Part shown: piece by piece, positions 49,392-59,141 of the stretch
How positions within the stretch are numbered: position 1 is the stretch's first letter
How the letters are laid out: each line of letters begins with the position of its first letter
Origin: a bacterium
GTDB lineage: Bacteria; Auribacterota; UBA3054
Direction: 5' to 3'
Length of the DNA: 64,000 nucleotides
Assembly (NCBI GenBank): GCA_017557885.1
Contig: JAFYXV010000007.1
Span: forward strand, 148,620 to 212,619
Translations under genes and position numbers: made by a program
The notes under the pieces: generated by a model
What the model was told of the DNA's origin: nothing
Database searches by the model: none
What the model saw: the letters and a program-made list of their open reading frames with translations, nothing else

Positions 49392-50165
49392 TCAGAGCAC
49401 GGACTGGATCTGGTCGTTTTCCAGCCAGCCGGAGCGATCCTGCTCGTCGCTTTGGCTGACGGAGATCTTGGTCCAGCCCCCTTCCCGGTCTTTTATTTTG
49501 ACTTCCGCGCCGCTGTGGAGTATGAAGATCTCGGTGTAGCTGGCGTCTGGTCCGGCGTGGATCCTCACGGTGTCGCTTGTCACGACGCCCTCGTGGGAGG
49601 CGATGTAGTATTTGCAGGCCGTGAAGGCGAAGAAGAGCAGGAAGAGGACAAGGAAAGTCACGCCGAGCTTTTTGCAGACCCTTCCGAAGAGCGAGGCGCG
49701 CTTAAGGATGAAAAGCGACAGGAAGATCCAGCCCGCGGCCCAGAAGACGGCGGCAAGCTTGGCCTGCTCGTAAAGGCCCAGGTAGAAATAAAGGAAGAAG
49801 AAGGAGCGCAGGGCGTCGGGCACTTCCTTTTTGGCGATGCTGTCCTCGGTCTGGCTCTGGGCTCTCAGAAGGTTGGCGGTGCAGTCCGCATCCCTGGGGT
49901 CAAGTAATTCCGCCCGGCGGTAGTTGGCGATGGCGCAGCCAAGGTTTCCGCAGCGGTAGTGGGCGTTGCCAAGATCGTAAAAGAGCTCCTGGGAGGAGAG
50001 TCCGGCAGACTGGGCTTTTGTGTAAAATTCCACGGCCTCCTGATAGTTCCTGTTGGTGTAGGAGGCGTTGCCCTGGACGAAGTTGCGGGCGGCTTCAAAA
50101 TTAAGAGCCCAGGCGGAGCAGGAGAAGGCCGCTATCATTAAGCTTAAGATGATTCTTGTTTTCAT
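49392..50165 (-). CDS. batE: BatE-like protein (TPR - 2 TM - SH3)
   Basis: GN..Y....Y.EA..Y, LGNAHYR, LDPRD....NL; C-terminal GP......F.LHSG..V...WTKI...GW. Confidence 0.82.
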   Translation of the reverse strand: MKTRIILSLMIAAFSCSAWALNFEAARNFVQGNASYTNRNYQEAVEFYTKAQSAGLSSQELFYDLGNAHYRCGNLGCAIANYRRAELLDPRDADCTANLLRAQSQTEDSIAKKEVPDALRSFFFLYFYLGLYEQAKLAAVFWAAGWIFLSLFILKRASLFGRVCKKLGVTFLVLFLLFFAFTACKYYIASHEGVVTSDTVRIHAGPDASYTEIFILHSGAEVKIKDREGGWTKISVSQSDEQDRSGWLENDQIQSVL

Positions 50166-51949
50166 TTCAATTCCCTCCTGAGATCTTTCAGGATCTTGTG
50201 GGCTTTGGCAAGCAGTCCGTCGTTGTCGCCGGTGCTTTCGGCGAGGCCGGAGAAGCGGGCCATTTCCAGTTCCTGCGTGAATTCAGAATATTCCCGGGCC
50301 AGTTTTTCGTCGCTGACATTTTCCTTTATGAAAGCGGCGTCCACGGAGGCCGCGGGAACGTTAAGGGTGTCCGCGGCGTATTCCGTCAGGGCGGAATTGA
50401 GAAGCGTCAGGAATTCTTTCTTGGCCTTGGGATCGCCTTTTAATCTGCGGGCTTTCCTGAGGGCGGCCTCCGCTTTGCCGGCGGCTTGGGCTTTTCTCTT
50501 GAAACCGGGATCTTCCGTTTTGGTTCTCCTGTAGGCTATAAAGGCGCAGAAAAAGAAGAGCAGCAAAGGAAGAACGAGGAGCGCCAGGGCTAACTTTAAG
50601 TCTATGGGAGCGGAGAGATCGTCGCCGCCGTGCTGGAGCTTGATCCCGAAGATATCCTGGGAAAGGATCTTGATGGGGGAGGAGGAGGATCTGACGGGAG
50701 CAATGGCTTCGCTGACGGTGACGGCCTGGCTCTGGGCGGATCTCTCGACTTCCAGCGGGAAGGGGCCGACAGTGAGAGTCTGGTAGTCCTTTTTGTTTAC
50801 GTCAAAGTAGCAGAAGGTCAGGGCGGGGATCTCTTTGACATCCGTGGAAAGAGGAACCCACATCTGGCTGTAATTCTTGAAGCCCTTCAGGACGCCGTCC
50901 GCCACGGAGGTCTTTTTCTCCACCACCGGGTCGTAGGTGGTGAAGCCCGCGGCGTTGGTCGTGCCCATTTCAAGGACGGCCTGGTCGATGTTGCCGATGC
51001 CGGCCAAGGTGGCCTTCAGGGTGACGGGTTCGCCTTCCTTGACTTTCTTGGGGGTTATCTCGGCTTTAAGGTCGAAAAGCCCGATGGCGCCTTTGAAGTT
51101 TTTCTGTCCGCCCTGGCTGGGTAGCTCGCTGACGTTTATGGAAAGCGGCTCAGCCACGATGTTCTTGTCCACTGTGCGGTAGCGCTGGAAAAGGCTGAAG
51201 GGATCGTCGAAGGGGTCCCTGGAGCGGCTGCGGGAGGAGATGGGCATGTTGACGCTGATCATCATGGAGGAATTCAGCGTCTGCTTCCCGGATTTCCAAG
51301 GTATCAGCAATTTTTGGAAACGGATATAGTTGTAGATCTGATTGCGGTAGCGCTGGCGGTCCTGCTGGTATGTCCCCACGTTCTGGACGTCGAAGCCGTC
51401 GACTTGCAGCACGGGCTGCTCGGCGTTGCCCAGATTGACGTCCTTGTAGTAAAGGGTGATCGTGAGGAAGATCTGCTCCCCCAGGAAAGCGTTGGTGGCG
51501 CTGGGGGATAATTCCAGGAAAATTTCGCCTCCCGCTTCCGTGGTGGAGGGGGAGTCTTTGGAACTGATCTTTGCTTCCGAAACGTCAATGCTTATCTTGC
51601 GGGTGTAGTATTTGCTGCCGTCAACGGTGATCTGGGCTTCCCCGATGGTCAGTTTCCCTGTCTTAAGGGGCTGCAGCTCGTAGATGAACTCCTGGGAGGA
51701 AGTCTTCACGCCGTTTATGATGGAGATGTTGCTGGACTGGCTGGGCCCCATCATGATCCGGAAGCCGTCCATCTCGCCTAAAACCGGGGTGGAGACGTTC
51801 TTGGCGTCCGAGACCCTGATGGAAAAACGCACAGATTCGTCCATGCTTATGGTTTTGCGGCTGACGCCGGCGGAGATGTCCGGTCCGCCCGCTGCCGCAA
51901 GGGAGAGGGCGGAAAGGCAGATGATCGTTAATATTTTTTTCAAATTCAT
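50162..51949 (-). CDS. batD: BatD-like protein
   Basis: GPSQSS..SIING, Y.L.P.K.G...I, GAIGLF, G.GNI, F.YFD.....Y; C-terminal TM. Confidence 0.82.
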   Translation of the reverse strand: MNLKKILTIICLSALSLAAAGGPDISAGVSRKTISMDESVRFSIRVSDAKNVSTPVLGEMDGFRIMMGPSQSSNISIINGVKTSSQEFIYELQPLKTGKLTIGEAQITVDGSKYYTRKISIDVSEAKISSKDSPSTTEAGGEIFLELSPSATNAFLGEQIFLTITLYYKDVNLGNAEQPVLQVDGFDVQNVGTYQQDRQRYRNQIYNYIRFQKLLIPWKSGKQTLNSSMMISVNMPISSRSRSRDPFDDPFSLFQRYRTVDKNIVAEPLSINVSELPSQGGQKNFKGAIGLFDLKAEITPKKVKEGEPVTLKATLAGIGNIDQAVLEMGTTNAAGFTTYDPVVEKKTSVADGVLKGFKNYSQMWVPLSTDVKEIPALTFCYFDVNKKDYQTLTVGPFPLEVERSAQSQAVTVSEAIAPVRSSSSPIKILSQDIFGIKLQHGGDDLSAPIDLKLALALLVLPLLLFFFCAFIAYRRTKTEDPGFKRKAQAAGKAEAALRKARRLKGDPKAKKEFLTLLNSALTEYAADTLNVPAASVDAAFIKENVSDEKLAREYSEFTQELEMARFSGLAESTGDNDGLLAKAHKILKDLRRELK

Positions 51950-51981
51950 TTTATGCCACTCCGAAAAATGGAAACGCTATT

Positions 51982-53622
51982 TTACCAGTTTTTGTCCACA
52001 GGGACAATTCCTCCGGGCGCTTTCCTGCGGTTCTTTTCGTTGTTGCTGTTGTCTTCCTCAAAACTTCTCAGCAGCTGCTCGGCCTGGTCTTTGCTCATTT
52101 CCTGATCGTCCTGGCCCTGGGGCTGCTGATCCTGGTTTTGATTCTGATTCTGGTCCTGGTCCTGGTCCTGCTGGCCGCTTTGATCCTGATTCTGCTGGCC
52201 CTGCTGATCTTTTTGGTCCTGCTGATCCTGCTGGTCCTGCTGATCTTTTTGATCCTGCTGGTCCTGATCCTGGTCCTGGTTTTGGTTCTGATTTTGCTGC
52301 TGCTGCTGATTCTGATCCTGTTTTTCGTTGTTATCCTGGTTGTCTTCCTCAAATTCCTTGCGGGCTTTGATGAAGTTGTCCAGGGCGACGAACTGGTTGG
52401 TGGGAGCTTCCGCAAGCGCCCTTCTCAGGGCCTCAGCGCCGGTTTTGGAGGCTTTTGAGCCAACCTTAAGGTATTCTACCGCGTTGGTGATCTTCATGGC
52501 CAATGTGGCGGCGGCAGTCACGTTGCTGGAGATGTTCTCGCCGCTTTCCTCCGCCTGGGCTTTTTTGCCGCTGCGGGTGTTGAGGGCGTCCACTATCTCG
52601 TTGGCCAGGGCTTGGAACTTGTCGGCGCATTCCTTCAGGGCCGGGGCGTCCAAAAGCGAGATGTCCTGGGTGAAATCGTAGAAGTTGTTGAAGACTTCCG
52701 CGCTTCTTCCGGCCAGATCGTTGATGTAGGGGCTGATGTTCTGGGAGACCATGCCCACGGCTGCGGATCTGGCTTCCGCCACAGAATTGGAGAGGGACTG
52801 GAAGACGTCCAATTGAGGAGATCCGCCGGCGAAGCACTGGTTCATGCCCTGGCTTAAAGTTGCGAAACTTTTGTAGAGTTCCAGCAGGGCCTCGTTCTCA
52901 GGCGTCTTTTCCAAGCCTTCCTGCCCGGGGCCGCCCAAGGGGGCGTTGAGCCTTTCCGGGGGAAGGTTGGTGAAGAGGGCCTGGAAGCCGGTGATGAGGA
53001 AGTCGGCTTTGGCGGAGTGGGCGTTCTGGTTGGTCACCAATCCTTCCGTGAAGAGGGGAGGAAGGTTGGTCGCGGCGGCTCCCTTGACGGTTTTTACGAG
53101 CGTGATGTTCTGCGCTCTGATGAGGGCTTCCAGCTCTCTCAAAAGTTTTTGCAGGGGGTCTTTCTCCTGCTCCTCTTTCTGCTGGCTGGCCATTTCTTTC
53201 ATGAGCCTGGTCAGGTATTCGATGTTGAGCTTGGTGTCCTCGTCGTCCCGGTCCAGTTCGTTGGCTTTCTTGTAGCTTTCCAGGGCTTCTTTCAATTTGC
53301 CCTGGCGGAAGAGGCAGTTGCCGATGTTGTAGTGGCACTTGGCTTCCAGGAGCGAGCCGGCGTAGGAGGCGGCTCTCTGGAAGGCTGCGACGGCTTCCTC
53401 GTATTTCTGGAGGCGGTAGCAGGCCAATCCGGCGTTGTAGTTCACATATGGATCGTCCGGAGCGTCCACCTGGGCGTCGGCGTATTTCTGTTCCGCTTCT
53501 TCAAAATTTCCGCTCTTGTAGCTTTTGTTGCCTTCGGAAATTTTGCGGGCCAGAACGTTTTCATCCGCCGCATAGACCTGGACTGTCAGTAAAATGGTCA
53601 AAAGGCAATAAAAAATCTTCAT
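51982..53622 (-). CDS. BatC-like TPR protein with large helical insertion and Gln-rich linker
   Basis: Signal peptide, TPRs (YNAG, YNIGNCLF, D.DTK.N.E), Q/D/N-rich tract, MSKDQAEQLL, terminal KNW. Start moved to 53622. Confidence 0.75.
   Translation of the reverse strand: MKIFYCLLTILLTVQVYAADENVLARKISEGNKSYKSGNFEEAEQKYADAQVDAPDDPYVNYNAGLACYRLQKYEEAVAAFQRAASYAGSLLEAKCHYNIGNCLFRQGKLKEALESYKKANELDRDDEDTKLNIEYLTRLMKEMASQQKEEQEKDPLQKLLRELEALIRAQNITLVKTVKGAAATNLPPLFTEGLVTNQNAHSAKADFLITGFQALFTNLPPERLNAPLGGPGQEGLEKTPENEALLELYKSFATLSQGMNQCFAGGSPQLDVFQSLSNSVAEARSAAVGMVSQNISPYINDLAGRSAEVFNNFYDFTQDISLLDAPALKECADKFQALANEIVDALNTRSGKKAQAEESGENISSNVTAAATLAMKITNAVEYLKVGSKASKTGAEALRRALAEAPTNQFVALDNFIKARKEFEEDNQDNNEKQDQNQQQQQNQNQNQDQDQDQQDQKDQQDQQDQQDQKDQQGQQNQDQSGQQDQDQDQNQNQNQDQQPQGQDDQEMSKDQAEQLLRSFEEDNSNNEKNRRKAPGGIVPVDKNW
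52105..52345 (-). repeat. low-complexity 6/9-nt coding repeats (QD/QN/QQD)
   Basis: Plus-strand runs of CTGGTC, CTGATC and CTG encoding QDQNQQQQQNQNQNQDQDQDQQDQKDQQ. Confidence 0.85.
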
Positions 53623-54641
53623 GCGTTTTCTCCTGCAAGATTGCTTCTTTTCTGGCCTTCGCTTAAAACGGATCCAAGGAAGAAGCAGAGGAAGGCGGCC
53701 GCCAGAGGCCACTGGAAGCGGTGCTCGTAGCGTTTTTTCCTGGAGCTGTCCAGCTCCTTCGTGTCCATGTTGGCGATCCTTTTGGTGTAAATGGCGTCAA
53801 GCTCCATTCCGGAGGCCACGGCCTGGGCGTAGGCGCCGCCAGTTTCCAGGGCGATCTTCCTCAAGGTCTCCTCGTCCAGTTTGGAGAGGACCTGATTGCC
53901 GGCGTTGTCGGTCACATAGCTCTTGCGGCCCTTTTCGTCGATTATCTGGATGGGGCTGCCGGATGGCGTGCCGATGCCGATGCAGAAGATCTTCACGCCT
54001 TTGTCCTTGGCCATTTTGATGGCGTTGTCCAAGTTTCCCTGGAGGTTCTCGCCGTCCGTTATGAGGATCAGGGCGCGGGTGTTCTTCTCATTGCCCTCGA
54101 AGGCTTCCACGCTTCTGGCGATGGCTTCGCCGATCTGCGTGCCGCCCTTGGGAATGAGGGAGGGATCCAGGTCGGAGACGAACATTTTGACCGTGCCGTA
54201 GTCAAGCGTCAGGGGACACTGCACGAAGGCGCTGCCGGCGAAGGCCACCAGCCCCAGTCTGTCGCCCTGTATGATCTGCATCAAATCGAGGATCGCTCTT
54301 TTGGCGCGCTCCAGCCTGGAGGGGGGGATGTCCTTGGCCAGCATGCTTCTTGAGACGTCCACCGCAACTATGATATCGCGGCCTTCTCTTTTCATTTCTT
54401 CCCAGGTGTAGCCCCACTTGGGCTCCATCAGAGCCAATACCAGGAACACCAGGCCAAGGAGAAAGAGGGTTATTTTCCAGGCTCTGCCGTTCTCGCCCCT
54501 GGTCAGCAGCTTGTCGAGCATTTCTCCGGAAGCGAAGCGCCTCAGAAGCCTTTTCCTCTTCCACTCCCTGTAGAAGAGGAAAATTCCTATCGCGATTACG
54601 ATCCAGAGAAGGTGAATATAGTAAAGTTTCTCAAAGTACAT
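53619..54641 (-). CDS. batB: BatB-like vWA domain protein
   Basis: DVSRSMLAKD..PSRL, GDRLGLVAFAG, CPLTLDY, ITDGE, IGIGT..G.PI, RFQWPL. Start moved to 54641. Confidence 0.85.
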   Translation of the reverse strand: MYFEKLYYIHLLWIVIAIGIFLFYREWKRKRLLRRFASGEMLDKLLTRGENGRAWKITLFLLGLVFLVLALMEPKWGYTWEEMKREGRDIIVAVDVSRSMLAKDIPPSRLERAKRAILDLMQIIQGDRLGLVAFAGSAFVQCPLTLDYGTVKMFVSDLDPSLIPKGGTQIGEAIARSVEAFEGNEKNTRALILITDGENLQGNLDNAIKMAKDKGVKIFCIGIGTPSGSPIQIIDEKGRKSYVTDNAGNQVLSKLDEETLRKIALETGGAYAQAVASGMELDAIYTKRIANMDTKELDSSRKKRYEHRFQWPLAAAFLCFFLGSVLSEGQKRSNLAGENA

Positions 54642-54651
54642 AAATTTATCC

Positions 54652-55641
54652 TCAAGGCAGTTTCTGGAATCTGGTGGCAAGCAGCAGCGCTTCCAGGATC
54701 AGAAGGATCCCGGCAAGAAAGACGGGGGCGGGGAAGCGCTCCGTCCATTCCATGTAGGTGAAGGATTCGGTCTTGGTCTTCTCGAGCTGATCTATCTCTT
54801 TGTAGATGTTTTCAAGGGATTCTTTTTCCGTGGCTCTGAAGTAGCGCCCGCCTGTCGTGGTGGCTATGTTTTTCAAGAGCTCCTCGTCTATCTCCACCGG
54901 CATCATGGTCAGGACTTTTTTGCCGAAGAAGTCGTAGGTGGGGACAGGGGCGTTGCCTCTGGTGCCGGCGCCGATGGTGTAAATTTTCACTCCAAGCGCC
55001 TTGGCGGTCTGGGCGGCGGTCATGGGCGCTATCTTGCCGGCGTTGTTCACGCCGTCGGTCAAAAGGATGACAACCTTGTTTGTGACGGTGGAATCCTTCA
55101 GCCTCAGGAGCGCCGTGGCCAGGGCGTCGCCGATGGCGGTGGCTCTGCCGTCCGCCATGCCGATCTTGCAGCTGTCAAGGAATTGGGAGAGGGCGCCGTA
55201 GTCAAGGGTCAGGGGACATTGGGTGTAGGCTTCCGAGCCGTACACCACCAATCCTATGCGGTCGCTCTGGCGGCGCTTGATGAAATCCTGGGTCACTTCC
55301 TTGACTACGTCAAGACGGTTCCTGCCCTTGGCCAGGTCTTCCGCCTCCATACTGCCGGAGGTGTCGATGGTCAGCATGATGTCGATGCCTTCCGTGGTGA
55401 CCTTGGTGTCTTCCTTGCCTTTCTGGGGGCGGGCCAGGGCTATGCTCAGCAAAATGATCGCAGCCACTTTCAAAACGATCAGGAAGGGGCGGAGCCTCAC
55501 CGCCAGGGTGGGCTTGATCCTTTTGAGGAGCGTGATGTCGGAATATTTTAAGCTGGCTTTGCCCCTTGAGGTGAGGGAAAAGTAGATGACGACGGGGCAA
55601 AGAAGGATCAGCAAAAGCCAATAGGGGTCGCGAAAGATCAT
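54652..55641 (-). CDS. batA: BatA-like vWA domain protein
   Basis: ALARPQ, IDTSGSMEAED (MIDAS), DRIGLV, TAIGDAL, LLTDGVNNAG, GGRYFRA, IDQLE. Confidence 0.88.
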   Translation of the reverse strand: MIFRDPYWLLLILLCPVVIYFSLTSRGKASLKYSDITLLKRIKPTLAVRLRPFLIVLKVAAIILLSIALARPQKGKEDTKVTTEGIDIMLTIDTSGSMEAEDLAKGRNRLDVVKEVTQDFIKRRQSDRIGLVVYGSEAYTQCPLTLDYGALSQFLDSCKIGMADGRATAIGDALATALLRLKDSTVTNKVVILLTDGVNNAGKIAPMTAAQTAKALGVKIYTIGAGTRGNAPVPTYDFFGKKVLTMMPVEIDEELLKNIATTTGGRYFRATEKESLENIYKEIDQLEKTKTESFTYMEWTERFPAPVFLAGILLILEALLLATRFQKLP

Positions 55642-56612
55642 ATTTGACCTCCTTCTTTTTCGGTGTTGCCGCTGTCAGGGACTTCCATGGTGGCCTCTAT
55701 GAAAGCCTCGGTCTTTTCCGTGGCTTCCTGGGCGGCCTGCAGGGAAGTTTCCTGTTTGGCGAACTTGATCATGTCGCACTCGTTGAGGAAGCCTCTCAGC
55801 ATTTCCCGCTGCTCGTAGGAGAACTGGGGATCCTGCCTCAAAATGTTGAGGAATTCCTCCGTGGTCTGCTCCGGGGCGCGGAGATCGAAGCGGTCTTCAA
55901 TGTAACGCCTCAGGATATCCGAGAGGGCGGAGAAGTATTCCTTGAAGAGATTCTTTTCCAGAAGATCGGACGCTTTGAGCTCTTCCAAAGCCGCCAGGGC
56001 TTTGACGTGGGCCGGCACGGGGGGCGGGGCGGCTTTTTCTTTTTTCTTCCTGAGGAAGAGGAGCAAGACCAGTCCAGCGGCGGCCAGGGAGCCCAGCACT
56101 ATGATGATCTTCAGCATGTCCCTGTCCTTCGTCAGGTATTCGACCACGTCCTTCACGTCCTTGACGTCCGTCATCTCGCCTTCCTTGGAAAGGGAGGCGA
56201 TCTCCACGCAGAGGGCCGAGCTGTAGATGGAGTTCGTCACGCCGTTGATGGCGAACTGGATCCTGGCGGGCGGTATCTCATAGACGCCGGTCAGGTAGGT
56301 CTCAAGCTCGTAAGTCTGTTTTTTCAATATTCGGCCGCCGGGCAGCTGTTCGTCCGGGCAGTTCTCCCAGTCGTGGATCAGAAGCTGGTTGAGCATGGAG
56401 AGATTGTCCGCGAAGGGCGGCATTATGACGCTGATGTTGGTCTGGGCGTTGACCTCGATGGTGTAGCGGATGAGGTCGCCCACCCGGACCTTGTTGGCGT
56501 TGTCAACGCTCACGCTGACCGCTACGGGGTCTTTGACGGCCGCCGGCGCGGCGGCGCTTTTTTTGTGGCAGCCCGCAAGCGCTAACAATAAAAATAAAAC
56601 TATGAAACGCAT
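55638..56612 (-). CDS. Bat-operon membrane lipoprotein (Ig-like domain - TM - helical domain)
   Basis: Lipobox LAGC at start 56612; TM; AH..AL..L, LSDILRRYIE.RF...A.EQTT.E, DMIKFA. Confidence 0.75.
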   Translation of the reverse strand: MRFIVLFLLLALAGCHKKSAAAPAAVKDPVAVSVSVDNANKVRVGDLIRYTIEVNAQTNISVIMPPFADNLSMLNQLLIHDWENCPDEQLPGGRILKKQTYELETYLTGVYEIPPARIQFAINGVTNSIYSSALCVEIASLSKEGEMTDVKDVKDVVEYLTKDRDMLKIIIVLGSLAAAGLVLLLFLRKKKEKAAPPPVPAHVKALAALEELKASDLLEKNLFKEYFSALSDILRRYIEDRFDLRAPEQTTEEFLNILRQDPQFSYEQREMLRGFLNECDMIKFAKQETSLQAAQEATEKTEAFIEATMEVPDSGNTEKEGGQI

Positions 56613-56635
56613 TTTCAATTTCCTCTCTGACTTCT

Positions 56636-57217
56636 TCACTTGCTCTCTTCGGGGGCCTCCGCGTTTCCCTTCGCTTCGGGAGCGGCTTCGCTATCCTTCG
56701 CCGATTCATCCGATCCCTTGGAAGGGGCGGCCGCCGCTTCCTTTTCGCCTGAGGGCTTCGCGGCTTTCACGCTTTTGGTTTCCTCTTTCGCCAGTTCGGG
56801 AAAGAGGGAAGTGTAGCGGCGGCGGGCCGCGGCGGCCTCCTCTTTTTTGCCAAGCTTGGCGAGGGCGTCCACGATCTTTCTCGGCGCGTCCTTGTCGCCC
56901 GCGAAGTTTTTGTCCAGCGCCTCGGCCCTGAGGTAGTAGGCCACGGCGTTGGCGAAGTCCAGCTTGTCATAGTAAATGTTTCCTATTGTCACGCACACTC
57001 CCGCCCTTTCTTTCATGGGCACGGGATAGTTGTCCAGGTATCTCTGGAACTCCCTGGCGGACTGAAGGTCCAGTCCTTTCGTCCTGAGGTTGATGGCCAG
57101 GGCTCTCTGATCCTCGGCGGTCCAGTCGGCTTTTTGGCCCCGGAAGGCTTTGACGGTCAGGATAAGCAGCAGGATGAAACTTAAGACTTGCAGCGTTTGG
57201 AAAAATTTGCTTGACAT
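56636..57217 (-). CDS. membrane-anchored TPR-like protein
   Basis: N-terminal hydrophobic helix, IGNIYYD..DF..AVAYY, low-complexity C-terminal tail. Confidence 0.65.
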   Translation of the reverse strand: MSSKFFQTLQVLSFILLLILTVKAFRGQKADWTAEDQRALAINLRTKGLDLQSAREFQRYLDNYPVPMKERAGVCVTIGNIYYDKLDFANAVAYYLRAEALDKNFAGDKDAPRKIVDALAKLGKKEEAAAARRRYTSLFPELAKEETKSVKAAKPSGEKEAAAAPSKGSDESAKDSEAAPEAKGNAEAPEESK

Positions 57218-57227
57218 TTCTTTATCC

Positions 57228-58109
57228 TTAGAAGATGGATTTTTCGCGGCGTTTGAAGAAACGCACCAGTTCGTCGCAGTAGTTGGAGGCGGTGGAGACC
57301 CGCATGGAATCCACGCCGGACTGGGTGAAGTTGTGCTCCCTTTCCTGGGATCTCAGGCTGCTGAGTTTTTCCAGGGTGGAGCGGACTTTGGAATCGTAGG
57401 TGTCCACCGTGATGCTTTCTCCGGTCTCGGCGTCCTCGAGGGTTATCAGTCCCACCGGCGGCAGGGAGTTTTCCCTGGGGTCGGAGACGGAAACGGGGAT
57501 GAGGTCGTGGCGGCGGGAAGCAAGTTTTATGGGCAGCTCGAAGTTTTCGCAGAGAAAGTCGGAGATCAAAAAGACCACGGCCTTGCGGCGGCAGACTTTC
57601 CCAAGGAAATCCAGGGCTGCGCCCACGTTGGTGGAGGACCTTTCCTCCTTCTTGAAGCCCAGCACTTCCCGGATGACTCTGAGCACGTGGGAATGGCCTT
57701 TCTTGGGGGGGATGTAGAGCTCTATTTTGTCCGTGAAGATGATGAGCCCAACCCTGTCGTTGCTTCTGATGGCGGTGTAGGCCAGCAGTCCCGCGATCTC
57801 GGCGGCGATCTCGTTCTTGCTCTTGTTTTGCGAACCGAAGGAGCCGGAGGAGCTGGCGTCCACCATCAGCATGACAGTGAGTTCTCGCTCTTCCACGAAG
57901 CGCTTGACATACGGCGTGCCGGTCCTCGCGGTGACGTTCCAGTCGATGGTCCTGATGTCGTCGCCGGGCTGGTAGAGCCTGACTTCGTCGAACTCCATGC
58001 CGCGGCCCTTGAAGGCGCTCTTGTATTCGCCGGCCATGACCTCGGTCACCTGGTGGCTGGTCCGGATCTGGATCTGGCGGACTTTCTGGAGCAGTTCTTT
58101 GCTAAGCAT
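57228..58109 (-). CDS. DUF58 (vWA-like) protein
   Basis: G.Y.S.FKGRGMEFDEVR.YQPGDDIR.IDWNVTAR, EEREL, DASSS, ISDF. Confidence 0.93.
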   Translation of the reverse strand: MLSKELLQKVRQIQIRTSHQVTEVMAGEYKSAFKGRGMEFDEVRLYQPGDDIRTIDWNVTARTGTPYVKRFVEERELTVMLMVDASSSGSFGSQNKSKNEIAAEIAGLLAYTAIRSNDRVGLIIFTDKIELYIPPKKGHSHVLRVIREVLGFKKEERSSTNVGAALDFLGKVCRRKAVVFLISDFLCENFELPIKLASRRHDLIPVSVSDPRENSLPPVGLITLEDAETGESITVDTYDSKVRSTLEKLSSLRSQEREHNFTQSGVDSMRVSTASNYCDELVRFFKRREKSIF

Positions 58110-58146
58110 TGTTTTTTCTCCTTAAAAATTTTCAAAGAGAAATCGA

Positions 58147-59133
58147 TCAGGGAACCTGGATCTCGTCGAAGATGCTTTGAACCAGATCATCCGAAGTCTT
58201 GCCGTCCGCTTCGGCTTCGTAGCTCGCTATTACGCGGTGCCTCAGGACGTCCGGGCCGATGGACTTGACGTCCTGGGGCGTGACGAACCCGCGGCCCTGC
58301 AGGAAAGCGTGGGCTTTGGCGGCTATGGTAAGGGCGATGGTGGCGCGGGGGGAGGCGCCGTACTGGATGTAATCCTTGAAGGGCAGCTTGTAGGTGTCGG
58401 GCTCCCTGGTGGCGAAGATGATGTCCAGGATGTAGTCCTTGACTTTCTCGTCGATGTAGATCTGGTCCACGATCTTCCTGGCTTCCATGATATCGCTGGG
58501 GGAGATGATGGGGGAGACTTCCGTTTTGACGTTAGTCGAGGCCATGCGGTTCTGGATCTCCTTTTCCTCTTTCTTGTTAGGATAGGTGATCTTCAGTTTC
58601 AGCATGAAGCGGTCCACCTGGGCTTCCGGCAGGGGATAGGTGCCCTCCTGCTCGATGGGGTTCTGGGTGGCCAGGACCAGGAATGGTTCGTCCAGGGCGA
58701 AGGATTGGTCGCCTATCGTCACCTGGTGTTCCTGCATGGCTTCCAATAATGCGCTCTGGACTTTGGCCGGGGCGCGGTTTATTTCATCCGCCAGGATCAG
58801 ATTCGCGAAGATGGGGCCCTTCTTGGTGGTGAAGGTGCCTTCCTTGGGATTGTAGATCATGGTGCCGATGAGGTCGGCGGGCAGAAGGTCCGGCGTGAAC
58901 TGGATCCTTTTGAAATTCGCCTGCACGGCTTTCGCCAGGGTGGTCACGCACAAAGTTTTGGCGAGCCCGGGAACGCCTTCCAAAAGAATGTGCCCGTTGG
59001 ACAAAAGTCCGATGAGCAGGCGGTCGATCATGTAGCTCTGGCCCACTATGGTGTTGGAGATCTCCTGGCGCAGCACGGAAAACTTCGAGCCTGCGTTCTG
59101 GACTTGTTCCTGAATTTGTTTGACGTCGGTCAT
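58147..59133 (-). CDS. moxR: MoxR-family AAA+ ATPase
   Basis: EGVPGLAKT, RIQFTPDLLPAD, ADEINRAPAKVQSALLEAM, ATQNPIEQEGTYPLPEAQ.DRF, GASPRA. Confidence 0.95.
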   Translation of the reverse strand: MTDVKQIQEQVQNAGSKFSVLRQEISNTIVGQSYMIDRLLIGLLSNGHILLEGVPGLAKTLCVTTLAKAVQANFKRIQFTPDLLPADLIGTMIYNPKEGTFTTKKGPIFANLILADEINRAPAKVQSALLEAMQEHQVTIGDQSFALDEPFLVLATQNPIEQEGTYPLPEAQVDRFMLKLKITYPNKKEEKEIQNRMASTNVKTEVSPIISPSDIMEARKIVDQIYIDEKVKDYILDIIFATREPDTYKLPFKDYIQYGASPRATIALTIAAKAHAFLQGRGFVTPQDVKSIGPDVLRHRVIASYEAEADGKTSDDLVQSIFDEIQVP

Positions 59134-59141
59134 AGTTGCTC

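Noticed and set aside
52105-52458. Tandem repeats as a CRISPR array, or the Leu/Ile/Val-rich 106-aa plus-strand ORF as a membrane protein
   Set aside because: Units are 3-9 nt with no unique spacers and no cas genes; the hydrophobic ORF is the antisense of the Gln-rich linker.
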